NCBI GenBank assembly: GCA_965216875.1
Contig: OZ244207.1
Coordinates: forward strand, 224,001 to 288,000
Length of the DNA: 64,000 nucleotides
Reading direction: 5' to 3'
Source: Rubripirellula sp.
Lineage (GTDB): Bacteria; Planctomycetota; Planctomycetia; Pirellulales; Pirellulaceae
Shown here piece after piece: positions 19,470 to 27,441 of this stretch. The notes under the pieces were generated by a model. It made no database searches. It was not told the DNA's origin and was given only the letters and a program-made list of their open reading frames with translations. Both the position numbers and the translations under genes were made by a program. Position 1 is the stretch's first letter, and every line of letters starts with the position of its first letter.

Positions 19470-19560
19470 CGACAACCATGTGATGTTGACGGAGCGGCGG
19501 TGGTCGCCGCTCACAAATGGAAAACAAATCACCGCCGCACGCACATCGCTACCGTTCGCC
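19470..19560 (+). repeat. attC-like site 11 (its own cassette gene is missing)
   Basis: CGACAAC...GCGGCGGTG / CACCGCCGC...GTTCGCC; similar to attC5. Confidence 0.8.
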
Positions 19561-19578
19561 GAAGATGCAAATAGCACT

Positions 19579-20028
19579 ATGACGGATCACGAAATCGATA
19601 AACTTATCACTGAATTTCAGACGAAGCATCCCTCGATCATGGATGGGGCTCACGTCCGACGAGATCCCGTACATACCATTGAGCGTCTTGCCGAAATCGA
19701 GCGGGAGCACGGGGTCGTACTTCCAGCGCAATACAAACGCCATCTGTGCAAGCACGGCGCCGGAGATTTCGGGCACACGTGGATCTACGCTCCCGAAGGC
19801 AAAGAGGGGGCGGGGTTGTGGGAGGATTACTACTACATGCCTCAGCACAAGGGACGCTTCCTACCAATTTCCGATAACGGCTGCGGCGATCACTACGGAT
19901 TTCGCATTGTCGATAATGTCTGCGCGGACTTCATCTGCTTTGCCGACCACGAACAGGATTACGAGTTGTCCGATGCTGTCTATCCAGACTTCAATACGTT
20001 TATCGCAGAGGTTGGGCTATCCAGCTGA
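19579..20028 (+). CDS. Cassette: SMI1/KNR4 (SUKH) family immunity-type protein
   Basis: LAEIEREHGVVLPAQYKRHL...FLPISDNGCGDHYGF...DHE...YPDFNTFI. Confidence 0.88.
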   Translation: MTDHEIDKLITEFQTKHPSIMDGAHVRRDPVHTIERLAEIEREHGVVLPAQYKRHLCKHGAGDFGHTWIYAPEGKEGAGLWEDYYYMPQHKGRFLPISDNGCGDHYGFRIVDNVCADFICFADHEQDYELSDAVYPDFNTFIAEVGLSS

Positions 20029-20045
20029 TTTGCGATTCACACAAC

Positions 20046-20140
20046 GGACAACAACGCGTTGCACCAGAGTAAGGGCGTCTGACATAATCGAGATTCCGGT
20101 CGCAATGAACTCCCTTGCCCGGTGAACGCCATCGTTATCC
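20046..20140 (+). repeat. attC-like site 12 (divergent loop)
   Basis: GGACAAC...GCGTTGCACCAGAGTAAGGG / CCCTTGCCCGGTGAACGC...GTTATCC. Confidence 0.75.
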
Positions 20141-20170
20141 GAACTCGCAACCAGGCCGACTGATCCGTAC

Positions 20171-20584
20171 ATGTTTGAATTTCACGGCTGGGCGTCAATT
20201 CACTATCACGTCTACGAGATTGATGAGCGGAAGCAGGATTCGCTTTGGCGTGATTTGACCGACTACGTCGCTTCAAACTGCTCACGTTTCGCGACACTCA
20301 CGCGCTACAACGGATGCGATTCGTGTCACACCGCTGGTCAGCGCAACCATCGCACCTCCCACCCCTTTGAGCTGTTTGAGTGGATTGCACTTCACGCACC
20401 CGGTTCATACGGACTGCTCTATGTTCGCGACGATGAGGATGACATGCGTGGCTCGGACTTCACCAATTGCTTTCGGGCGTGGCGACTCTGCAGAGGGATA
20501 TTTGCTGAACTCGACGATCCCTTTCTCTCACCTGCGATACCCGTCGTGGAAGACCCCACCGATCTCGATCGTGACGATTTTTGA
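20171..20584 (+). CDS. Cassette: Imm7 family immunity protein
   Basis: MFEFHGW...NHR...APGSYGLLYVRDDED...LCRG...DPFLSPAIPVVED, which matches my recollection of the Imm7 consensus. Confidence 0.8.
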   Translation: MFEFHGWASIHYHVYEIDERKQDSLWRDLTDYVASNCSRFATLTRYNGCDSCHTAGQRNHRTSHPFELFEWIALHAPGSYGLLYVRDDEDDMRGSDFTNCFRAWRLCRGIFAELDDPFLSPAIPVVEDPTDLDRDDF

Positions 20585-20587
20585 TTC

Positions 20588-20678
20588 GGATCACCATCCA
20601 ATGCACCCGAGCGGCGAAGTCGGGCATTTTGACAATGGACATTGACTCGTCGCCGCCGGGTGATTGTTGCCGTTCGCC
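20588..20678 (+). repeat. attC-like site 13 (R'' mutated to CAC)
   Basis: GGATCAC...AATGCACCCGAGCGGCGA / TCGCCGCCGGGTGATT...GTTCGCC. Confidence 0.85.
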
Positions 20679-20731
20679 GACTTACCGAGTGATGGCAACC
20701 TCTCGATTCAACTGCAACTCCTTCTGAACCA

Positions 20732-21094
20732 ATGCCGGACGATGTGATTGCGACCATCAAGCGTTTCATCACTGACTACCGCCGCGGTAGCCATACGAGC
20801 TTGGAACTTGTTGATGTCACCTTCCAAACGCTCGTCGACAACGATGCATCCGACGAGCTCGTCAATGAGGTTCTGTTTCTGATGCCTGATAGCGTGATTT
20901 CCGCGTTCGAACAACGGATGGGCGAGATGGTGGAAACTGCGTTCTTTATTCCAAACAAACGCCTCGGTGACCACCGATCGGACGACGAAGTCCGTCGTGA
21001 TGCTTTCGCGCGTCAACCGATACTCCGGCGAATTCATCACGCATTCTTACGTCCGTTACTGCTACGTCGTTATCGTCTCGAACATGGATGGTGA
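20732..21094 (+). CDS. Cassette: hypothetical helical protein
   Basis: 120-aa ORF in cassette orientation; no recognisable family. Confidence 0.6.
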   Translation: MPDDVIATIKRFITDYRRGSHTSLELVDVTFQTLVDNDASDELVNEVLFLMPDSVISAFEQRMGEMVETAFFIPNKRLGDHRSDDEVRRDAFARQPILRRIHHAFLRPLLLRRYRLEHGW

Positions 21095-21174
21095 CCTGGC
21101 AACATTTGCCGTGGCTGTGGCACACCGATACGATGGAAAGTGTTGAGCAATGGAAGACCAACCCCGCTGCAGGC

Positions 21175-21263
21175 GGCGAATCATCGCGTGCACACGAAGG
21201 CCTGTTGGTTCGTTTGCTCAAATGGAAAGTCAACTCACGAGCCTCGGTGACGGGGCGTTCATC
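21175..21263 (+). repeat. attC-like site 14 (degenerate)
   Basis: GGCGAAT...CGTGCACACGAAGGC / GCCTCGGTGACG...GTTCATC; L'-R' spacer 2 nt short. Confidence 0.75.
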
Positions 21264-21278
21264 GAATGAGAACAGGCC

Positions 21279-21857
21279 TTGGCAGATGCAATAGAAAATC
21301 GATTCAGGCCGCGTTACAGCTTGCTTCTGTTTTGCCTTGTCTGTTTACTGATCTCAATGCTTGTCGCCTACACTGGAGTCTTGAGGCAGATCACTCCTCC
21401 GGCACATGAATTTGTTGGCTTTCCAGCCGATGCGCCACGCCAAGACGGTTTCATCGCTCCGGGACAGCTAACGCATGTTGTCAAGCAAGATGTTTTCGCT
21501 CCAAATGGATTTGATGTGCGTCTGACAGTTCGCATTCAGCTGAACCATGATCGCGTTTTTTCACATTCCATCGACGGATGCCTAATGGAAATCGAGCATG
21601 TCAGCTATAGCCTTTACGACAGCCTGTCGGTCGGTGATCCGACGTTCGTGGAGGAGTTTGTCGCGGGTGAGCTCACGCGATTCAATGGCACGTCGGCTGT
21701 CCGATCCGTTGAGCTGTTAGACTTTAAGACACTTCCAGCACCGGGAACGAACTCCGGTGGCTCGGCAAACTCCATGGTCATCGATGAACCATCCGATGCA
21801 CCGAAGGACCGAACGTCGCGTTCTGAAGATGGAAAATCAATCGCCGGTCCTCGGTGA
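21279..21857 (+). CDS. Cassette: membrane-anchored hypothetical protein reading through its attC
   Basis: RFRPRYSLLLFCLVCLLISMLVAY N-terminal anchor; stop codon in the L' box of attC15. Confidence 0.7.
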   Translation: MADAIENRFRPRYSLLLFCLVCLLISMLVAYTGVLRQITPPAHEFVGFPADAPRQDGFIAPGQLTHVVKQDVFAPNGFDVRLTVRIQLNHDRVFSHSIDGCLMEIEHVSYSLYDSLSVGDPTFVEEFVAGELTRFNGTSAVRSVELLDFKTLPAPGTNSGGSANSMVIDEPSDAPKDRTSRSEDGKSIAGPR

Positions 21858-21872
21858 TCGCGTGCGTTACCC
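21783..21872 (+). repeat. attC-like site 15
   Basis: GATGAAC...CGATGCACCGAAGGACCG / CGGTCCTCGGTGATCG...GTTACCC. Confidence 0.85.
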
Positions 21873-21883
21873 ATGGTGAGATT

Positions 21884-22207
21884 TTGTTGAGACTCTTGAT
21901 TCTTCTTGCAGTTCCGCTTTGTGTGTTGGGGTGTACGACGGTCAGATCCCCCAAATTCAAGGTTGATACTCGCGACGAGATGCATCATGCAATCGTTGAT
22001 GCGATACCTACGGGGACCTCAGTCAAGCATGCGACGGAAATCATGGAATCCGCTGGTTTTGACTGCGTTTTCATCGAGTCAGGAAGTTTTTCTGAGGACG
22101 CAGGGATCATTGGCGATGAACGCGACTACCCATTCGTAAAAGACGCACGATTTCTTAAGTGCACGCGCATAGACAGCACAGGAATGTTGACGTCAAATAG
22201 TTGGTGA
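21884..22207 (+). CDS. Last cassette: lipoprotein, possibly 3'-truncated, no following attC
   Basis: TTG start, LRLLILLAVPLCVLGC lipobox; IPTGTSVKHATEIMESAGFDC. Confidence 0.65.
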   Translation: MLRLLILLAVPLCVLGCTTVRSPKFKVDTRDEMHHAIVDAIPTGTSVKHATEIMESAGFDCVFIESGSFSEDAGIIGDERDYPFVKDARFLKCTRIDSTGMLTSNSW

Positions 22208-22253
22208 GCGTAGCTGGCTACGGGAGGAGGTTTGGTGCGTGCAAGCACACACC

Positions 22254-23234
22254 CTACTTTCTGATGACGGGGGCCAGGTAGATATCTCGGTACTTCACGT
22301 TCGTGTGATCACCTTGCAGATGAATGGGCCCTGGTTGGGTTGGGTCGGTGAAGACGGCACCACCGGTTGGCCCAGGAACCGGTTGATTGTCGATCACTTT
22401 TTCGCCGTTTAAGACAACGGTGACGTGGCGATCAACCAGCGTCAAATCGTAGGTCTGCCACTGCCCGCCTGCGCGGCCTGCATTTTTCGACGGTGGGATG
22501 CTGCCGAAAATCGCGCCGACCCCTTGGATGCCCTGCATCCGACTGTCGCGATCAACCACTTGCGCTTCATACATGCCGCGTAGGTAGACGCCACTGTTGC
22601 GATCTTTTTCGACCAGGAATTCGATGTGCAACCAGAAGTCTTCAAAGACCGCTTCGGTGCGAAGATTCGCGTACGCGCCGGTCGCGCTGAAGTCGGTCTT
22701 GGGTGTCGTGTTCACAAGCTGGCCGTCTTTCACGCTCCAGCCGTTGATCTTATCGGACTCGTGCGGCCGCCAGCCTGTCAGGTCTTTGCCGTTGAAAAGC
22801 GAAATGGGATGCCCGAACCGAACCTTCGATAGATCGGGAGGTGTTGACGGCATCGGTGGGATCTTTTTTCCCTTCAGCCGATCCCGTTTCACCGTTCCAT
22901 CTGGCGAAACCGCTTTGATTTCTCCGACGAGTGCTCCATCGACAAGCATCACTTGTACTGTTTTGGTGTCTTTCTGCTTTCGGTTTTGGCGAAGCGTGAA
23001 GGACAACTGTCCTTGCGAATGCTTGACGTCTTGATGAGGTCCGTCGGGCCCGACGTGCAATCGCATTTTGACAACCGGGGCGCCATCGGATTCCGTGATG
23101 CTTAACCATGCTGGCGTGCCCGATTCCAAAGTGATAGACCAATCGCCAATCAGGTCGTCTGCCGATGCGGACAGTCCGAACGAACAAGCAAGCAGGACGC
23201 AACCAAGGACGTTTCGAATGGGCAAGTGATTCAT
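22254..23234 (-). CDS. DUF1080 (3-keto-disaccharide hydrolase family) protein
   Basis: SLFNGKDLTGW, FEDFWLHIEF, NSGVYLRGMYEAQV, GPIHLQGDH; start set at MNHLP. Confidence 0.9.
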   Translation of the reverse strand: MNHLPIRNVLGCVLLACSFGLSASADDLIGDWSITLESGTPAWLSITESDGAPVVKMRLHVGPDGPHQDVKHSQGQLSFTLRQNRKQKDTKTVQVMLVDGALVGEIKAVSPDGTVKRDRLKGKKIPPMPSTPPDLSKVRFGHPISLFNGKDLTGWRPHESDKINGWSVKDGQLVNTTPKTDFSATGAYANLRTEAVFEDFWLHIEFLVEKDRNSGVYLRGMYEAQVVDRDSRMQGIQGVGAIFGSIPPSKNAGRAGGQWQTYDLTLVDRHVTVVLNGEKVIDNQPVPGPTGGAVFTDPTQPGPIHLQGDHTNVKYRDIYLAPVIRK

Positions 23235-23339
23235 GGTGTGGTGGCTTTTTGAGAAACGCAAACTCGATGACGACCAAACCCCGGCTACATCATCATGGCT
23301 CGCACGAGGGCAAGCAAGCTGTTACTGAGATCAAGGCCA

Positions 23340-24128
23340 TCATTTCCCACGCAGCGCGAGCGTCACCAAAATGGGACGATGGTCTGATGCAACTTTTTCT
23401 TCGAGCACTTGTACGTTCTTGACCATCCAACGATTCGCGGGTCGGAAGAGTACAAAGTCGATTTGAAGGTTCGGCTGCTGTGACGGGTAGGTCGGCATTT
23501 CTTCGTCACCGGCAATCGACCACTGCTTTGAAAGCTCCAAGAGGGTGTCGCTTGACCGAGTGTCGTTCAAGTCGCCAGCCAGGATTGCGAGCGACGAATC
23601 GCTGTTGATCCATTGGTTGATCTCGACTGCCGAAGCAATCCGCTCGCGATCGTTGCTGCGGTGATCAAAGTGTGTCGCCATGAATTGGAGTGGTTCGCTA
23701 CCAACCAAACCATTGATCGTTGCATCAATCACTCCTCGCTGCTCGCCATTGTCGAAGCTTGGAAGCATGCGGTTCTCGGATGCAGTGATTGGCAATCGCG
23801 ACAGCAAGGCGTTGCCGTAGTGGCCGCCTTGGAGCGGGATGTTTGCACCATAGACCGACGACATGCCAGTCAACTCGGCAAGCATGCGTGGCTGGTCCAC
23901 GTTGCCACTGCGTTTGACTTTGTTGTCGACTTCCTGCAAGGCGACCAAGTCGGGCTTGGCCGCACGAATCACCTTTGCCAACCGCTCGAGATCGAGCTTG
24001 CCATCGACGCCACGTCCGTGATGCAAGTTGTAGGAAAGCACTCGGATCTCAAACGCGTGATGGCCGAATGTGAGCGAACCCAGGCAACAACACAGAAGAA
24101 AAACACTGATTCGAATCACCTTCATCAT
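23340..24128 (-). CDS. Endonuclease/exonuclease/phosphatase family protein, secreted
   Basis: VLSYNLHHG, PDLVALQEVD, YGNALLSR, ILAGDLN, IDFVLF, ASDHRP. Confidence 0.92.
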   Translation of the reverse strand: MMKVIRISVFLLCCCLGSLTFGHHAFEIRVLSYNLHHGRGVDGKLDLERLAKVIRAAKPDLVALQEVDNKVKRSGNVDQPRMLAELTGMSSVYGANIPLQGGHYGNALLSRLPITASENRMLPSFDNGEQRGVIDATINGLVGSEPLQFMATHFDHRSNDRERIASAVEINQWINSDSSLAILAGDLNDTRSSDTLLELSKQWSIAGDEEMPTYPSQQPNLQIDFVLFRPANRWMVKNVQVLEEKVASDHRPILVTLALRGK

Positions 24129-24137
24129 GTCACTCCA

Positions 24138-25628
24138 CTAGTATTTCCCATTGGTCCCGAACATCTCTTCCTTTGATTTCCGCGGGCGAACACGCACCGA
24201 GTGGTCGGGTTCGCCGGTCACGCGATCAAATTCATCCGGAGTGCGGCGACTCGGCAAATAATCACCCGTCTCTTCAGTCCATTGAGCCAAAGCCGCCTTC
24301 AAGCGTTCGGCAACCGATGCGTAGGCGGGATCGTCAATGAGGTTGGTCAATTCGCCGGGATCGCGATTGAGATCAAACAGTTCCCACTGGGCACGTGGCG
24401 CGATGAAGCAGGTTTGTTGTTGCGCGGGGAGTTCGCCGGCATCGTAGAGCTTTAGCATTTTCTGCCAACTGAGCCCACGTCCCGCATCGGCCGACGGCGT
24501 TGGCGGTAGATCGACATAATCATTGCGGATCAGTTTGTATTGCTGAGTGACGACGGCTCGCGCATGGTCCTCGTAGTCGTGCCAATGATCTTCGCCAAAG
24601 GCGAACTCGCGGTGTGAACGTCGTGAATCGCCCAGCACGCTGGCGAAACTCTTCCCTTCGGTGGCAAGACTAAGCGTGCCTCGAGAGGCGACGTCAAGAA
24701 ACGTTGCTGCAAGGTCGACGGAGCTGACGAGTGCATCGGTTGTCTGTCCTGCGTCAACGTGGTCGGGCCAGCGGACGATCCAGGGTGTGCGGATGCCACC
24801 GTCGTAAAGTGATGTCTTGTCTCGCGGGAAAGGACGCCCATTGTCGCTGATGAACAGGACGAGCGTGTTCTTATCGACGCCCTGTTTTTTGAGGACGTTG
24901 ATCACTTTGCCCACGTATTGGTCGAGCCGTCCAATTTCGTCGTAATAAAGACGCAGGTCTTCGCGCACTTCAGGAGTGTCGGGAAGGTGCGCCGGAACGA
25001 TCACGTCGTCGTGGGTGTGAGGCGGATCGAGTGCGCCTTCACTGTACTCGCGGTGCGGATCGAGCGCTGCGAGCCACATGAAGAACGGTTTGTCCATTGG
25101 CCGCTGCTCGAGTGCTCGTTCCCAGTCTTCGCAGCCGCTCGGTTGGGTCGCGATCATCTTGGCCGGTTGTCCATCCTTGCCTGATGGCAACACGAAACCG
25201 GCTGTCGACGCTTCGTAGATCTTGTCGAAGTGATCGCGGACATGATTGCCGAGATGCCATTTGCCAGCCGCAGCGGTGTAGTAGCCCGCTTGCTGCAATG
25301 CTTTGGCAAAGGTTGGGCTTCCCGCGGGCAACGGCCAGTGCAATTGTTCGGCGCCCGTATTGTGCGGGTACTTTCCTGTCAGGATGCTCGACCGCGAGGG
25401 ACTGCATGAGTTGGTCGTCAGGTATGCGTGGCGAAACAGCATTCCGTCGGCCGCGAGCTGGTCGATGTTCGGCGTTCGGATCGCAGGATGACCATAGGCA
25501 CCACAGTCATCCCAATTCATGTCGTCCGCGATCATCAACACAATGTTTGGCGGTTCGTCGGCAACCGTTTGGTTACCGAGGAGGACCATCGAACAGAGGA
25601 AACCGAAGACGCAAAAAGCTCTTGTCAT
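24138..25628 (-). CDS. Sulfatase (N-sulfoglucosamine sulfohydrolase-like)
   Basis: PNIVLMIADD, SCSPSRSSILTG, GKWHLG, FISDNG. Alternative starts at 25670 and 25721. Confidence 0.9.
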   Translation of the reverse strand: MTRAFCVFGFLCSMVLLGNQTVADEPPNIVLMIADDMNWDDCGAYGHPAIRTPNIDQLAADGMLFRHAYLTTNSCSPSRSSILTGKYPHNTGAEQLHWPLPAGSPTFAKALQQAGYYTAAAGKWHLGNHVRDHFDKIYEASTAGFVLPSGKDGQPAKMIATQPSGCEDWERALEQRPMDKPFFMWLAALDPHREYSEGALDPPHTHDDVIVPAHLPDTPEVREDLRLYYDEIGRLDQYVGKVINVLKKQGVDKNTLVLFISDNGRPFPRDKTSLYDGGIRTPWIVRWPDHVDAGQTTDALVSSVDLAATFLDVASRGTLSLATEGKSFASVLGDSRRSHREFAFGEDHWHDYEDHARAVVTQQYKLIRNDYVDLPPTPSADAGRGLSWQKMLKLYDAGELPAQQQTCFIAPRAQWELFDLNRDPGELTNLIDDPAYASVAERLKAALAQWTEETGDYLPSRRTPDEFDRVTGEPDHSVRVRPRKSKEEMFGTNGKY

Positions 25629-25825
25629 CACTTGCCAACCCATCGCGGACGTATTCTCGTTACTTGTCATCAAAGAGTGATTCACCTGTCGCGGCTGGAA
25701 CACTGACGAGCTGCAACACATCTTATTTGCCGACTGTGTTCAACCTGCCTCGATTTCAGCCGCACTGGGTAATGTCTGGCGTCAACGCCGGGCTATGTCT
25801 GGCGTCAACGGCAATGCCTTGGCCG

Positions 25826-26722
25826 CTACTTGCGAAGCGAGACGATTTGCTCGATTCCTTTGAGGTTCTCGACCGGGGCTTTGCCCTGTCGATTTCCTTC
25901 GTAGACCAGCCACTTGTCATAGCCGGCATCGTCGAGTGCTCGAGCGAGTTTCGCTAGGTCCGTCTTGTCTTGACCGACCACGGCGCCTCCGGCGGGTTTG
26001 ATGTGGATCTCGCAAAAATGATCTTTGGCGTATTTGCGAATGGTCTCGTAGACGTCTTCCTTTTCGAACAGGTTGCCGGTGTCGTAATAGATCTTGAGGT
26101 TTTCGGGAAACTCCAGCCTCTCCATCAATTCAAGCACGCGCACGGTGGTGACGGGTGCTTCGATCCCGACGACGACATTGTTTGCCGCAGCGTAGGGAAC
26201 GAACTCCTTCATGAATTCGGCCACGCCCTCGATCGCCTCGTCACTCTCTTGGAACTTTGACGGCCCGAAAAATGGGAACAACATCACTTCGACATCGAGC
26301 TGAACACAGGCGTCGACGGTTTGCTTGGCGACTCGCATCGCGACCTCGCGGTCTTTGCCCCAGATTTCGCAACGGTTCAAACAGCCGGTGCACAGCGAAA
26401 TGATCTCGACATCCTCGGCTTGGGATGCTTTTTGCCAAGCGGGTAGCAGGGCGGCATCCTCGGCAACGGGCAGGCTGCTTTTGGCGTCGATGGGCTTCTT
26501 GCGAATTCCATCTGGCATCCCGGTGTGCATTTGGATGGCGCGGTAACCTGCTTGACGCGCTGCTTTGAAACTCTTGGGATCGGCTTGGTTTCCCAACGCC
26601 GTTTCCATCACTGCGATGCGTGGTGCGCTCGATTGCGCCAACGCTGACGATGAGTCATTGAGCGAAACGATCGCCATCGCGATCACTGTTGAGAGCAGCA
26701 GTTTTGTTTTGTTCATGAACAT
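25826..26722 (-). CDS. Sugar phosphate isomerase/epimerase (AP_endonuc_2 TIM barrel), secreted
   Basis: Signal peptide; VVVGIE, IYYDTGN, EIHIK, WLVYE metal-binding pattern. Confidence 0.85.
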   Translation of the reverse strand: MFMNKTKLLLSTVIAMAIVSLNDSSSALAQSSAPRIAVMETALGNQADPKSFKAARQAGYRAIQMHTGMPDGIRKKPIDAKSSLPVAEDAALLPAWQKASQAEDVEIISLCTGCLNRCEIWGKDREVAMRVAKQTVDACVQLDVEVMLFPFFGPSKFQESDEAIEGVAEFMKEFVPYAAANNVVVGIEAPVTTVRVLELMERLEFPENLKIYYDTGNLFEKEDVYETIRKYAKDHFCEIHIKPAGGAVVGQDKTDLAKLARALDDAGYDKWLVYEGNRQGKAPVENLKGIEQIVSLRK

Positions 26723-26737
26723 GGATGTACCCGTTAC

Positions 26738-27376
26738 CTATTCCCCAGTGACCAAACGGACATTGCGAACGGAGAGTTCACCCGACGCAAAGCTGATGGT
26801 GAACTCCCCTTTCTTGCGCCCGATCGATGGGTGCGTGAGCTCCTCGTTGTAGTCACCATAGGTGATCGTCGCGGTGTCGCCTTTGAACTGCAGTTTGGCT
26901 TTGATCCATTTGCCGTTGATTTGATCGATCGACGGAACGCCTTCTTTGGCGACTGTCTTTGGTTTGTTGGTCTTGGAGGATTTCCCAATCCAGCCAAAGA
27001 AACGCGATCGATCGGGCTCATGGAAAAGCATTCGAAAGACATGCCCCTGTTCATTCAGCGTGATGATCACTCGTTGGCAGTCTTTGGGTTGAAACTCAAA
27101 TTCAATCGTGCCGTCGGTGAACTCGGCGGGCCAACGCAAGATGGGGCCGTGGTTGGCGAACTTTTTGTAGAGTTCAGGATCCGAGACACAGTGGGCGACG
27201 CCATCGTTGAAGGTCCATGCACCGCGAAGTGCTTGGCGCGTCTTGAGTTTGGGGTTGCTGAAGTCATCAACAAACCCATCCGCGCCAGCGGGCGTCGAGA
27301 GCATCAACGCGCAAACAAGCATGCCGAGTGCGCGTTGTAGAGTGGTCGTCTTGCGACGGGAGGGGCGATCGTTCAT
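26738..27376 (-). CDS. Secreted hypothetical protein, probable ConA/DUF1080-like beta-sandwich
   Basis: Signal peptide; FVDDFS...GAWTF...DGTIEFEF...VRNVRL. Confidence 0.65.
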   Translation of the reverse strand: MNDRPSRRKTTTLQRALGMLVCALMLSTPAGADGFVDDFSNPKLKTRQALRGAWTFNDGVAHCVSDPELYKKFANHGPILRWPAEFTDGTIEFEFQPKDCQRVIITLNEQGHVFRMLFHEPDRSRFFGWIGKSSKTNKPKTVAKEGVPSIDQINGKWIKAKLQFKGDTATITYGDYNEELTHPSIGRKKGEFTISFASGELSVRNVRLVTGE

Positions 27377-27441
27377 TGCAGAAGTCCAATCGTGTGGTGG
27401 TGGCTGTCTTGACGCGCCACCACCAACGAATGGCCTGCGGA

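Larger units (their letters stand above)
13176..22207 (+). mobile_element. Integron-type gene cassette array lacking an integrase (Pc-like promoter, attI-like site, 15 cassettes)
   Basis: Co-oriented short genes separated by ~91-bp imperfect inverted repeats with R''-L''-loop-L'-R' architecture. The R'' of nearly every cassette is complementary to the GTT-starting sequence at that cassette's 5' end. No tyrosine recombinase ORF in the window. Confidence 0.9.

Noticed and set aside
19276..19578. Long N-terminal extension of the SMI1/KNR4 ORF in the track (also 15698 and 17552 starts)
   Set aside because: The extensions run through repeat or attC DNA upstream of the cassette boundary; starts inside the cassette were preferred.
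16970..20634. TTGACA in attC loops (16970, 20629) as internal sigma70 promoters
   Set aside because: No -10-like hexamer lies 16-18 nt downstream (GC-rich stem), and the hexamer is imperfect in the other sites.
21088..21294. 68-aa ORF as a second gene in the cassette
   Set aside because: More than half of it is attC14 and the next cassette's start; no recognisable features.
13985..21872. Inter-cassette repeats as CRISPR repeats or simple terminators
   Set aside because: They are ~91 bp, separated by whole genes, lack U-tracts, and show cassette-specific R''/R' complementarity.
27395..27425. Intrinsic terminator after the PEPCK gene
   Set aside because: A 10-bp stem is present but there is no U-tract; insufficient support.
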